Below are positions 1 through 9,192 of a stretch of 48,329 nt of DNA, piece after piece; within the stretch, counting starts at the first letter, position 1; every line of letters begins with the position of its first letter. Below the pieces are notes generated by a model. The model made no database searches. It worked only from the letters and a program-made list of their open reading frames with translations, and was not told the DNA's origin. Location of the stretch: positions 1 through 48,329 of IMG/VR virus record IMGVR_UViG_3300017722_002806. One strand, given 5' to 3'. This stretch comes from a virus (lineage: Duplodnaviria; Caudoviricetes). A program made the position numbers and the translations under genes.

Positions 1-1845
1 TGTTGGTTGTAATAATGAATAATTTAAATCATTATTTGGAATTAATGTGTATGTTAAATCTGTATTCGGAATTAAAGTGTAATTAATATCGTTTAACGGT
101 AGAACCAAATACTCTAAATCACTACTAGGTATTATTATATTAGTTAAATCGTTAGTTGGTATTAATGTATAAGTAAAATCATTATTTGGAATAATCACAT
201 ATAATATATCATTACCAGGAATAATCACATATGTAAAATCATTTTCTGGAATAAATAAAGTTGCGGTTGGTGTCGCGGTTGGTAAATTAGTTTCCGTTGC
301 TGTCGGGTTTGGTGTTACCGTTGGTGTACTGGTTAGTGTAACAGTTGGAGTTGGTGTTGGTGTTATAATATTTGTTGCGGTGGGAACCGGAGTTTCCGTT
401 GCTGTTGATGTCGGTACAGGTGTGGCTGAAGACGTAACAGTTGGGGTTGCAGTTGGTAAAGGAGTTGGTACAATACCAAACACATCATCAGAACATGATA
501 CACCACATATTTCAAAATCATATTCATTTAATCTTGTTAGAAAATTATGTCTAACATGTACAAAATCCAAAGGCTCCTCAAAATATTTTATTGTTTTAAT
601 ATTGAAACATGACGTTCCATTATGAATTCCCCCCATTAAACCTGTCCCACCACCCCAAGATTGTATATATGGTTGTTCACCTCTATCAGATGGTATAATC
701 TCTTCCCAATTTTCTAATTTATATATTGGTCTACCGTTTAGATATATTTTTAACGTTCCTAATCTTCTTTGTTTTTCATTCGCCCATTTTTTATTTAAAA
801 GTTCAATTTCATTTGCAACCGATAACTGTGTTGACGTTACAGCGGTGACATCTGTGTTTGAATAGGGACTAGTAATAAATTCAGGAATTAAGTCACTCCA
901 ACCACCATCATTTTCTAAATTACAATCTGTATACCTTTTGTACCTATCAAATACTATTGTTATATTAAAATCTTTTGTACCATCAACCACACATATTTGT
1001 GGAGTTTGACCGCTAGTAATGTAAAAACTTTCATCATAACCCTCAGTTGCACAAATTCCAGAATAATGGTGAGCAATCCATTTTATCCTCCTATCTGGTG
1101 TAAATTGAAACGATAGATTATTATCGGCATAATTTAATGGATTATTTTCTCCCCTAACACCAATGTAATAAAAAACACTTCCTAATGACCATGAAACATT
1201 TTCTCGGTTAAATATAAAATCTAATGTCCACCCCTTTTCAGTTCTTCTTTTTAATATTGGGGTACATTTATCGGTACCCAAACCTTCGTTAAAATTAAAA
1301 GCCCAAGGTTTAACATTGGTTTTTGGTGATTGTGATGAACAGGCTAATACATTTACTATATTTCTTCTATCTACATAAACATTTTTGGTAAATCCTGAAA
1401 TTAATTCTGATTCCGTATAACCTGATAAAACTGTTGAGGTTAAACCGGTACTATTATAACCATATATTTTAAAATAGTGGTCTTCATTATTAAAAAGTGT
1501 AAATTTAAATCTGTTACCATCTAAAATCGTATATGTATAACCCGTTCCAAAATAAGAAACAAACTCATTATACGGTAAAGTCATTGACAAACCAATATAA
1601 GAGTAGGGTGTTAACAAATCGTTTATATTGTCCTCAACAAGAGTTATTCTTGTTTTAACACAATCCAAATCTTCTAGACTATTATCAATTTTAAGAGTAT
1701 TATAAACAATTGGTGTAGATAAATCTAACACATCTGTATCATAATCAACCCCATTTTTAGTTAATTGATAGTCGTAAAGTTCCGATGAGTCCAATTTTAA
1801 ATCCAATTTTGACCCGTAAAAGTTTAAAATATTCTGTCTATTCAT
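1..1845 (-). CDS. Large putative virion structural protein (partial, runs off left edge); possible LamG/ConA-like region, Pro/Thr-rich linker, 10-aa repeats
   Basis: Not in the ORF track because there is no stop inside the window. Read by hand: ATG at 1845 (MNRQNILNFYGSKLDLKLD...), open for 615 codons to position 1. Contains GWTLDFIFNR and LGTLKIYLNGRPIY (LamG-like strands), a PT-rich linker (~260-475) and 10-aa repeats. GATATTTATA motif lies just upstream. Confidence 0.85.
   Translation of the reverse strand, partial: MNRQNILNFYGSKLDLKLDSSELYDYQLTKNGVDYDTDVLDLSTPIVYNTLKIDNSLEDLDCVKTRITLVEDNINDLLTPYSYIGLSMTLPYNEFVSYFGTGYTYTILDGNRFKFTLFNNEDHYFKIYGYNSTGLTSTVLSGYTESELISGFTKNVYVDRRNIVNVLACSSQSPKTNVKPWAFNFNEGLGTDKCTPILKRRTEKGWTLDFIFNRENVSWSLGSVFYYIGVRGENNPLNYADNNLSFQFTPDRRIKWIAHHYSGICATEGYDESFYITSGQTPQICVVDGTKDFNITIVFDRYKRYTDCNLENDGGWSDLIPEFITSPYSNTDVTAVTSTQLSVANEIELLNKKWANEKQRRLGTLKIYLNGRPIYKLENWEEIIPSDRGEQPYIQSWGGGTGLMGGIHNGTSCFNIKTIKYFEEPLDFVHVRHNFLTRLNEYDFEICGVSCSDDVFGIVPTPLPTATPTVTSSATPVPTSTATETPVPTATNIITPTPTPTVTLTSTPTVTPNPTATETNLPTATPTATLFIPENDFTYVIIPGNDILYVIIPNNDFTYTLIPTNDLTNIIIPSSDLEYLVLPLNDINYTLIPNTDLTYTLIPNNDLNYSLLQPT
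16..255 (-). repeat. Eight degenerate 30-bp (10-aa) tandem repeats, consensus [LIV][IL]PxND[FL]xY[TV]
   Basis: 'atc' (Asp codon on the minus strand) recurs at 28-30, 58-60, 88-90 ... 238-240; translation FIPENDFTYV IIPGNDILYV IIPNNDFTYT LIPTNDLTNI IIPSSDLEYL VLPLNDINYT LIPNTDLTYT LIPNNDLNYS. Confidence 0.9.
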
Positions 1846-1850
1846 TATTG

Positions 1851-1883
1851 TATAAATATCTTTCCTAAGATTTGATATTTATA
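1851..1883. promoter_or_regulatory. Back-to-back putative late promoters (GATATTTATA on each strand)
   Basis: TATAAATATC at 1851-1860 and GATATTTATA at 1874-1883 form a 10-bp inverted repeat between divergent genes starting at 1845 (-) and 1899 (+). Confidence 0.7.
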
Positions 1884-1898
1884 TAAAAAGTGATTTAG

Positions 1899-2675
1899 AT
1901 GAATAATTTTATAAAACAGGTAATTGAGGAGAAATTTGCGTCAAAAGCTCAACAAAGATTCTTCTATGCAAAGGCTAACGAAAAAGGTAAACCTAAGAAA
2001 GAAAAGAAGAAGTGGGGTAAATGGGCAAAAGAATTCTCTGACGATACCGATTACAGTAAAATACCTGATAAGGTTGAAAAAGAAGAAGAGGTGGATGAAA
2101 TTGTTGATAAGAATGGTAACATTGCCAGAAATAAAAAACAAACAGATTTACCAGCAAAAGGAATTACCCAAAAGAAGACAACCGACATTGTGGCTAAAAC
2201 GGGTGCAGGTCAAATGGGTTCATATGGTTTAACGGGTGTTAACACTTACAGAAGATATTGGGGTGAAGGTGAAGAAATCACTAAAGAAAAGATATTAGAA
2301 ATTGCACTTAATAAAGCGTTAGGTGCTGACGATACAATATTAAAAGACGTTCCATATGATGACGCAAAAAGTCACATGGAAGATGAGTTAGGATTAAGTG
2401 ATGACGATGCTGAAGATAGATTGGAGAAAATGGGTTATGATGAAAATCTACCTGATGATAAAGTTAGATTAGTTGAGAATCCTAAAAAATTCATGGGGGA
2501 TTATATTGAACATGTATTAAAAGGTAAAACTAAAGATAATGATATTGTTGACGGAGATGTTGAAGAGGAAGTTAACCCAATAGTTAAAAAACAACTTAAA
2601 TCATTGAAAAATAGTATGGATAGTCATAAATTATCAATGGATACAATTGTAAAATATCTAAAAGATAATGAATAA
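1899..2675 (+). CDS. Hypothetical protein, probable head-internal protein
   Basis: 258-aa ORF behind the late motif; charged, with several (V/I/L)xE sites (VIEE, VDE, ILE, LVE). Confidence 0.7.
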   Translation: MNNFIKQVIEEKFASKAQQRFFYAKANEKGKPKKEKKKWGKWAKEFSDDTDYSKIPDKVEKEEEVDEIVDKNGNIARNKKQTDLPAKGITQKKTTDIVAKTGAGQMGSYGLTGVNTYRRYWGEGEEITKEKILEIALNKALGADDTILKDVPYDDAKSHMEDELGLSDDDAEDRLEKMGYDENLPDDKVRLVENPKKFMGDYIEHVLKGKTKDNDIVDGDVEEEVNPIVKKQLKSLKNSMDSHKLSMDTIVKYLKDNE

Positions 2676-3162
2676 AGAACTAAAATTAAGTGTATTTGAT
2701 ATACCACAGAATATTTTAGATAAGATTAATCATACCGTGATAAGTCTTAATGGTGAACATTTCCATGGACTTAATCGTGCAAAAAAATTATTACAAGATA
2801 AAAAAGTAAAATACGGACAATTAAAAAGAATCATACATGACCTTCAAAACATTGATAAAATTAATGATAGAACTAGGTTTGACCTTTGTGGTGGTGAATT
2901 AATGGAAAAATGGTCAGAACAACATCTAAAAGGTGAAAGAGATATGATTAGTAATAAAAAAGATGGTAGAAAACAAGCAGATGACATTGGTGGTATAACA
3001 GGAGAAAGAAAAAATAGTCACCTTAAAAGTCACACTAAAAAAGCGAGTTGGTTACCTCCCACTAATCTTATTAAAAGTAATTCACATAAAAATTCAATTT
3101 CCTCAATTAAATTAACAGGACTATTTGAAGAAGTAGAAAGAATAAAAAAATTAATGTTTTAA
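2668..3162 (+). CDS. Hypothetical protein with C-terminal LFEEVERIKKLM tag
   Basis: 164-aa ORF overlapping the upstream gene by 8 bp. Confidence 0.75.
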   Translation: MNKELKLSVFDIPQNILDKINHTVISLNGEHFHGLNRAKKLLQDKKVKYGQLKRIIHDLQNIDKINDRTRFDLCGGELMEKWSEQHLKGERDMISNKKDGRKQADDIGGITGERKNSHLKSHTKKASWLPPTNLIKSNSHKNSISSIKLTGLFEEVERIKKLMF

Positions 3163-3163
3163 T

Positions 3164-3847
3164 ATGGCAACACGTTTAGAATTATTAGCTGAAAAATTTA
3201 GAAATGAATCGATTGCAAGAAATTCATACCAATCTAACACCCAATATGATTCAAATCACCCAAACGCTATGTCTGATGGTGACGAGAAAGGTAAGGGAGA
3301 ATCAAGTAACTCAATTGGTTCGTCTGTTGATATACAGAAAAGAAACGAATCATTAGCAAGAAATACGTATAGTAACAACAACGGATACGGTATTGTACAT
3401 CCAAACGCTATGTCTGATGGTGACGAGAAAGGTAAGGGAGAAACAGATAGTTCAATTGGTTCATCTGTTGATATACAGAAAAGAAATGAATTGATGGGTA
3501 AAAATACCTATGCTGAATATCGATCATATAACTCATTACACCCAAATGCATTATCAAATGGTGACGAAAAAGGTAAGGGAGAGTTGGCAGGTAAAGTTGG
3601 TTCATTAACTGACATCAACTTAAGAATTGATAACATAGGAAGAAATACTTATAATTCAGATAATCAATACTCATCAGGTCATAAAAATGCGCAATCTGAT
3701 GGTGACGATAAAGGAAAAGGTCAAATTGGTGAAAAGGGTACAGTTGGTAATAAAACTGACATTCTTTCTAGAATTGATAATTTAGGTAGGATTGGAATTT
3801 ACGGTCCAAATAAAAAACAATATCCAGACCCCGCAGATTTTAAATGA
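3164..3847 (+). CDS. Tandem-repeat protein (four 47-aa repeats)
   Basis: Unit RNxYxxxxxYxxxHPNAxSDGDEKGKGExxxxIGSSVDIxxRxxxL repeated four times; DNA period 141 bp. Confidence 0.9.
   Translation: MATRLELLAEKFRNESIARNSYQSNTQYDSNHPNAMSDGDEKGKGESSNSIGSSVDIQKRNESLARNTYSNNNGYGIVHPNAMSDGDEKGKGETDSSIGSSVDIQKRNELMGKNTYAEYRSYNSLHPNALSNGDEKGKGELAGKVGSLTDINLRIDNIGRNTYNSDNQYSSGHKNAQSDGDDKGKGQIGEKGTVGNKTDILSRIDNLGRIGIYGPNKKQYPDPADFK
3215..3790 (+). repeat. 141-bp coding tandem repeat x4
   Basis: 42 identical bases ccaaacgctatgtctgatggtgacgagaaaggtaagggagaa at 3260 and 3401; diverged copies near 3542 and 3683. Confidence 0.9.
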
Positions 3848-4758
3848 GTTTAAACACATTATTTCATAAAGTATTAGTAGAGGCCGATTTTCTAAAAGGA
3901 AGAAAGACCAAACCATTGGTTAACGCAATAACCGATAGGAACCCTGTTACTTTTTATTATAGTGGACCAAAAGAAAACGGTAAAGATGGAGTTAAATCTG
4001 GTACAAGAGTTAGAGGAGAGGCGGTAGCGTTAGGTTTGAGTAAAGGTGGTAATATAATAGTTAGAGTTTTTGTGCAACCACCATCAGTTTCTAAAAAAGG
4101 TTTTGCAAGAGGAAATTGGAGAACATTTAGAGTCGATAGGATGAGTAATATTCAAGTTTTAAGTGACGAGACATTCGATAAAATGAGACCGGGGTATAAA
4201 GAGGGCGACGAATCTGCATCAGGTCCAATGGTTACAACATATGTAACATCGGATTGGAATAAGAAACCTGAAATTAAAGAACCCGAGACAAAACCACAAA
4301 CTGAACCATTACCTCAACCCAAGAAAAAAGAAAAACCACAATTGGACCCACAAGGATTACCTCAACCTAAATCAGATGAGAAACCAAGTGAATTACCAAC
4401 AACATCCACTAAAGATTATTCATCGGATGTATTCAATAAATTACAAACCAACATTAAAGATATTAATGGTCAAAAAATAATTACAACTCAGGATTATCAA
4501 AATGCTGCGAAAGAATTATATAAGATGAAAGAGAAGGAATGGGTTGATTCTCAAAGACAATTAGGTAAAAATACCAATCCAGGTGAAGGTACAAGAAAAA
4601 GATTTGATATTACATCAAATTCTGAATTATCAAATCTATTGGCAAAGAATGGTATTATTGTAAATGATGAAATACCAACAAATGATGTACCGTCGGATGA
4701 GACTCCTAACGAATTACAAGAATCAATAAAAAGAATTAAAACTTTAATGTTATTCTAA
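3844..4758 (+). CDS. WYL-domain protein with Pro/Lys/Glu-rich linker and C-terminal LQESIKRIKTLM tag
   Basis: AITDRNPVTFYY...GTRVRGEAVALG...WRTFRVDRMSNIQVLSDETF matches the WYL pattern; no N-terminal HTH visible. Confidence 0.75.
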   Translation: MSLNTLFHKVLVEADFLKGRKTKPLVNAITDRNPVTFYYSGPKENGKDGVKSGTRVRGEAVALGLSKGGNIIVRVFVQPPSVSKKGFARGNWRTFRVDRMSNIQVLSDETFDKMRPGYKEGDESASGPMVTTYVTSDWNKKPEIKEPETKPQTEPLPQPKKKEKPQLDPQGLPQPKSDEKPSELPTTSTKDYSSDVFNKLQTNIKDINGQKIITTQDYQNAAKELYKMKEKEWVDSQRQLGKNTNPGEGTRKRFDITSNSELSNLLAKNGIIVNDEIPTNDVPSDETPNELQESIKRIKTLMLF

Positions 4759-4791
4759 AATTCATTACTATTATTTAAAATATAGATTACT

Positions 4792-5367
4792 ATGTCACAA
4801 GGAACAGGAACAATAACACAAAACGATTTAATGAAAAAATTAGTTCAAGCTAAAAAAGTTATGAACAAAGTAGACGGTGGAAATTATGAAAGAGGACACG
4901 TAAACGAACAAATTTTAAGATCAAATCCTGAAGATGTTCTTGCATCTATGGATCAACAACAACCCACCACCAAATCACCACAACCAGTAAACGGAGATAG
5001 AATACAAAATTCTAAATTACCTGATGCAATTAAAAAAGCAATGATGGAAAACCCAATCCCACAAATTTCATTGAACGATACTCTTGATATGGATTTTATA
5101 AAGGGGGCTAAACGTTTAATGGAACAAGAAGGCGTTGGTCCAAAACCAACCCAACAAAAACAATCTACAATTACACCCGTTAGTGGTAATATTGACATGA
5201 ATGCAATTGCTCTCATGATTGAAAATACAGTTCGTAAGGTTATGGATGAGAAATTAAATCAAATTCTTACCGCGTCAACAACATCCTCAATCAACGAAAA
5301 CCTTGTTCTAAAGGTTGGAGATTCAATTTTTAAAGGAAAAATCACAGGAGTTAACAAAGCAAAATAA
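4792..5367 (+). CDS. Hypothetical protein
   Basis: 191-aa ORF in the main gene orientation. Confidence 0.75.
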   Translation: MSQGTGTITQNDLMKKLVQAKKVMNKVDGGNYERGHVNEQILRSNPEDVLASMDQQQPTTKSPQPVNGDRIQNSKLPDAIKKAMMENPIPQISLNDTLDMDFIKGAKRLMEQEGVGPKPTQQKQSTITPVSGNIDMNAIALMIENTVRKVMDEKLNQILTASTTSSINENLVLKVGDSIFKGKITGVNKAK

Positions 5368-5370
5368 TTT

Positions 5371-5952
5371 ATGGGAGAAAATCTTCATCTGTGGCACGCG
5401 GACAGAGGAACATATTACGATAGAAATGTTAATATCATTTCATGGAGTGATGAATACCACATAAATCTTGGGAAATACAATTCAATCGGTAGAGATTGTA
5501 GTTTTTTTTTACACGCAAATCATAGACCTGATTGGATAACAACAAGTTCACAATTATTGGGTCCCGTTAGTGAAGATATTGAGAACATGATGTTTGAAAT
5601 GGGACACCCTTCATGTAAAGGTAATATTACAATAGAGAATGATGTGTGGATTGGGGCAAAGTCAACCATTATGTCGGGTGTTAAAATTGGTAATGGTGCA
5701 ATTATTGGCGCAACTGCAACAGTCACTAAAGATGTCCCTCCTTATGCAATAGTTGTAGGTAACCCTGGCAAAGTCGTGAAATATCGTTTTACTGAAAAAC
5801 AAATAGAGTTACTTTTAAAAATATCTTGGTGGAATTGGGATGAAGAAAAAATAAAAAGAGAATTTAAAACTCTTTGGTCATCTAACATCAATGAGTTCAT
5901 TAATAAACACTTATCTCCCGATATTCTTGACGCAAGTATGTTTCTTAAATGA
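5371..5952 (+). CDS. Hexapeptide-repeat O-acetyltransferase (CatB/Vat-like, left-handed beta-helix)
   Basis: KGNITIENDVWIGAKSTIMSGVKIGNGAIIGATATVTKDVPPYAIVVGNPGKVVKYRF...WWNW. Confidence 0.92.
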   Translation: MGENLHLWHADRGTYYDRNVNIISWSDEYHINLGKYNSIGRDCSFFLHANHRPDWITTSSQLLGPVSEDIENMMFEMGHPSCKGNITIENDVWIGAKSTIMSGVKIGNGAIIGATATVTKDVPPYAIVVGNPGKVVKYRFTEKQIELLLKISWWNWDEEKIKREFKTLWSSNINEFINKHLSPDILDASMFLK

Positions 5953-5953
5953 T

Positions 5954-5984
5954 TTTGTTTTTTCAGATATTTTACTTATATTTT
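5954..5984 (+). promoter_or_regulatory. Putative host-sigma (Bacteroidota-type) early promoter
   Basis: TTTG (5954-5957)-N19-TATATTTT (5977-5984) upstream of 6005. Confidence 0.5.
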
Positions 5985-6004
5985 AGACATATAAGTTAAT
6001 TTAA

Positions 6005-7231
6005 ATGTCAAAAATTAGAATTTTAGCAATCCCATCCGATGTACATGGAGTCGGTAAATTTAGAATACTCGATCCTTATAAATTTATTGGTGAAAACCAC
6101 GATAGTGATGTCCATGTGGATATTTCTTTTGATGTTCCCGATGATGATAATTTTTTTACAAACTACGATATTGTTGTATTCCATAGTTTTATTCACAAAG
6201 CTCCTCAGGAAATTAATGTTGCCAGAGTTAAGTGGTTAAAAAATAATGGTATTAAGGTAATCATGGATATTGACGATATGTGGTTTGTTGACCAAAGACA
6301 CCCAATGTATCATCAAATAAAGGCAAACAAGGTGGGGGAGAAAAAAGTTGAGTTATTGAAATTGGTGGATTATGTCACAACTACGACACCTATTTTTGCA
6401 CAAACAATCAAACAAAAAATCGGTGTTTCGGATGTTCATGTTTTTCCAAACGCGGTCAATGAAGATGAACCACAATTTAAATCCGCCCCGATAAAATCAG
6501 ATAGAATTAGATTTGGTTGGTTAGGCGGGTCATCACATCTACATGATTTAGAATTAATGAATAATGGTATTTCCTCAACACTTGCAGCATATAAAGACAA
6601 AACACAATTTGTCTTATGTGGATTTGATTTAAGAGGTACTGTTACTGAAATTGACAAAAACACAGGTCAACAAAGACAAAGACCAATACAACCATTAGAA
6701 ACTGTTTGGTCAAAATACGAACAAATTTTTACTGACAATTATAGGTCATTAAATGACGAATATAAAAATTATTTACATACATTTGTAGAAGGTAATTTTA
6801 ACGACGAAGACCAACCTTACAGAAGGAGATGGACTATGGAAATCAACAAATACGCAACGAATTACAACTATTTTGACATATCGTTAGCACCATTGGTTGA
6901 TTCTGAATTTAACGCAAATAAGTCCCAGTTAAAAATTATTGAAGCTGGTTTTCATAAAAAACCAATTATCGCAAGTGACGTGAAACCATTCACCTTAGAT
7001 TTAATTTCAGCAATTGATGAAGGTAAATTTAATAATAAGGGTAACGCGTTATTAGTGAACCCAAACAGAAACCATAGGGATTGGGGAAAACAAATGAAAA
7101 GGTTAATGGAAAACCCTAACATGGTAGAAGATTTAGGTAATAGATTATACGAAACAGTAAAAGACAAGTATTCATTAAAAAATGTTTCAAACAATAGAGT
7201 TCAATTTTTCAAATCAATTATAAACAAATAA
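6005..7231 (+). CDS. GT-B fold glycosyltransferase (GT4-like)
   Basis: MDIDD, FGWLGGSSHLHDL, DISLAPL...FNANKSQLKIIEAG...PIIASDV. Confidence 0.85.
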   Translation: MSKIRILAIPSDVHGVGKFRILDPYKFIGENHDSDVHVDISFDVPDDDNFFTNYDIVVFHSFIHKAPQEINVARVKWLKNNGIKVIMDIDDMWFVDQRHPMYHQIKANKVGEKKVELLKLVDYVTTTTPIFAQTIKQKIGVSDVHVFPNAVNEDEPQFKSAPIKSDRIRFGWLGGSSHLHDLELMNNGISSTLAAYKDKTQFVLCGFDLRGTVTEIDKNTGQQRQRPIQPLETVWSKYEQIFTDNYRSLNDEYKNYLHTFVEGNFNDEDQPYRRRWTMEINKYATNYNYFDISLAPLVDSEFNANKSQLKIIEAGFHKKPIIASDVKPFTLDLISAIDEGKFNNKGNALLVNPNRNHRDWGKQMKRLMENPNMVEDLGNRLYETVKDKYSLKNVSNNRVQFFKSIINK

Positions 7232-7243
7232 AACAAAAACAGT

Positions 7244-7474
7244 ATGCATTACACAGTTACAGTAGGATATGAATCCGAACAAATGGACAGAGAGGGTAAT
7301 CCTCGTTTAACAAAATCAACAATCATCGTTCAAGCAGAATCTAATGCGGAAGCAAATATAACCGCTTCGAAATTCTTGTCTGGTGATATTCGTTCAAGCC
7401 AAATTATCGATGTTAAGAAATTAAAAATCGATTGCGTTATTGACGAAAAGAACACACCCGAATATTACAAGTAA
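7244..7474 (+). CDS. Small hypothetical protein
   Basis: 76-aa ORF with A-rich leader. Confidence 0.7.
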   Translation: MHYTVTVGYESEQMDREGNPRLTKSTIIVQAESNAEANITASKFLSGDIRSSQIIDVKKLKIDCVIDEKNTPEYYK

Positions 7475-7498
7475 CAATAACTAAACACCAACTATACC

Positions 7499-7723
7499 AT
7501 GGAATTTTATAGTAGAGACATACAGATTATGCGTCAATCTCAAAGTAAGATGGCGTTAGAATACCTAACTACAGTTGGTGTTCAAGTTACATTCGAAGAA
7601 TTTCAACGTGTAACTGATGTATTCGTTGAGTGTTGTTTACGACCTCAAGATAGTGAGTTAAAGGAAAGGGTTAAGAAATTAGATAAATGGATAGAAGAAA
7701 AAAAAATTAAAGTAAATGGATAA
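7499..7723 (+). CDS. Small hypothetical protein
   Basis: 74-aa ORF coupled to the dUTPase start. Confidence 0.7.
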   Translation: MEFYSRDIQIMRQSQSKMALEYLTTVGVQVTFEEFQRVTDVFVECCLRPQDSELKERVKKLDKWIEEKKIKVNG

Positions 7724-8318
7724 GAATGATGTAGAAAATTATCTATCTCAATTAAAAGAATTTGAGAAGAAATTAAATAGTGATGATGCAGAAGATTTAT
7801 CAGTCTTTGGTGACATTGATAAATTATTAGGGTTATTATCAAATGATATAATGAGCGCTCCCGAATTTAATACCCCAATTAAAGTTCCCGCGGTTACCGT
7901 TAAGATTAAAAAATTAAGTGAGGATGCAGTTATACCATCATATTCAAAATCGGGAGATGCTGGTATGGATTTAACAATAACGAAGGAGATTGAAAATACA
8001 TCATTTAGTGTTACATACGGTTTTGGTATTGCGTTAGAAATCCCAAGAGGATATGTTGGATTAATCTTCCCAAGGTCATCAATACGTAACCAAGAATTAA
8101 TATTGTCAAATTCAGTTGGTGTGATTGATAGTGGTTATAGAGGTGAGATACAAGCTACCTTTAAGAAAACTAACGGATTAGATTCATTAAAATACAAGGT
8201 TGGTGAAAGAGGAGCTCAAATAGTTATCATACCATACCCAAATATTGAGTTGATTGAATTTAAGGATTTAGGAAATACTGAAAGAGGATCAGGTGGATTC
8301 GGTAGCACAGGCCAATAG
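7716..8318 (+). CDS. dut: Trimeric dUTPase with ~55-aa N-terminal extension
   Basis: Motifs AGMDL, PRSS, GVIDSGYRGEI, AQ, RGSGGFGSTG. Confidence 0.97.
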   Translation: MDKNDVENYLSQLKEFEKKLNSDDAEDLSVFGDIDKLLGLLSNDIMSAPEFNTPIKVPAVTVKIKKLSEDAVIPSYSKSGDAGMDLTITKEIENTSFSVTYGFGIALEIPRGYVGLIFPRSSIRNQELILSNSVGVIDSGYRGEIQATFKKTNGLDSLKYKVGERGAQIVIIPYPNIELIEFKDLGNTERGSGGFGSTGQ

Positions 8319-8364
8319 TGAGATATTTATTTATAATAACAATTGAAATTTAAAATTTAAAAGT

Positions 8365-9096
8365 TTGGCTTTAAAACCTAAAATTGGCAAAAACTACCCG
8401 GTTCCCGCAGTAGTAGATGACCGAAGAGTAACTCACAAGGAGAAGATTAGACAAATCATAAAACGTCCTAAAGAAAAATTCTTAACCAAAAACCAAGAAA
8501 TCTATTGGAACATTCTTGGAGAAAATCAAATTACACTATGTTTTGGTCCCGCAGGTGTAGGTAAGTCTTACATAGCAATGAAACGTGCTGTAGACCTATT
8601 ATACGACGATTCTAACAAGTACGAGAAGATAATCATAGTAAGACCTGCGGTTGAAGCTGAAGAGAAATTAGGGTCACTTCCAGGTGGTTTAGAAGAGAAG
8701 TTAGACCCATACATTTACCCGTCATATTACCTATTAAATAAGATTATAGGTAAAGAAGCTAGAGAAACGTTAAAAGATCAAGGATATATTGAGGTTGCGG
8801 CTCTTGCATATATGAGAGGATGGAATGTGGATAATACTATTCTTGTTTTTGAAGAAGCTCAAAATGCTACCCCATCTCAAATTAAATTATTATTGACTCG
8901 TATCGGGTACAACTCAAAATTCTTTATTTCGGGGGATTTAGAACAATCTGACAAATATAAAGATAAAACTAAATCCGGATTATTTGATGCAAAGAAAAGA
9001 TTACAAGATGTTAAAGGTATTGGTATTTTTGAATTTGGTATGGAGGATATTGTAAGAAATCCAATTATAGGTGAGATATTAAACAGATACATTTAA
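8365..9096 (+). CDS. phoH: PhoH-family ATPase
   Basis: GPAGVGKS Walker A, RPAVEAEEKLGSLPG, YMRG, EEAQN, GDLEQSD, DIVRNP; TTG start. Confidence 0.95.
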   Translation: MALKPKIGKNYPVPAVVDDRRVTHKEKIRQIIKRPKEKFLTKNQEIYWNILGENQITLCFGPAGVGKSYIAMKRAVDLLYDDSNKYEKIIIVRPAVEAEEKLGSLPGGLEEKLDPYIYPSYYLLNKIIGKEARETLKDQGYIEVAALAYMRGWNVDNTILVFEEAQNATPSQIKLLLTRIGYNSKFFISGDLEQSDKYKDKTKSGLFDAKKRLQDVKGIGIFEFGMEDIVRNPIIGEILNRYI

Positions 9097-9118
9097 CATT
9101 AAAGTTAAATTTAATTAT

Positions 9119-9160
9119 TAAACCCACATCGTTTGTAATAATGGTGTGGGTTTATTGTTT
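9119..9160 (+). terminator. Hairpin terminator after phoH
   Basis: TAAACCCACATCGTT-loop-AATGGTGTGGGTTTA followed by a T-rich tail. Confidence 0.75.
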
Positions 9161-9192
9161 ACTTATAAGTCTATTTTTATTATATTTTCATT

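Noticed and set aside
1-255. 30-bp periodicity resembling a CRISPR array
   Set aside because: Units are degenerate, contiguous and in-frame coding repeats; no constant repeat with unique spacers, and no cas genes.
380-625. 81-aa plus-strand ORF with VGVGV-like repeats
   Set aside because: Antisense shadow of the Pro/Thr-rich linker of the real minus-strand gene (1-1845).
3215-3790. Near-identical 42-bp repeats with intervening sequence (CRISPR- or DGR-like)
   Set aside because: Period is 141 bp, the intervening parts are homologous and in frame, differences are not adenine-specific, and there is no reverse transcriptase in the window.
5371-5952. Antibiotic-resistance gene (vat/catB)
   Set aside because: The LbH fold is shared by many sugar acetyltransferases and the context is glycosyltransferases; resistance cannot be inferred from sequence.
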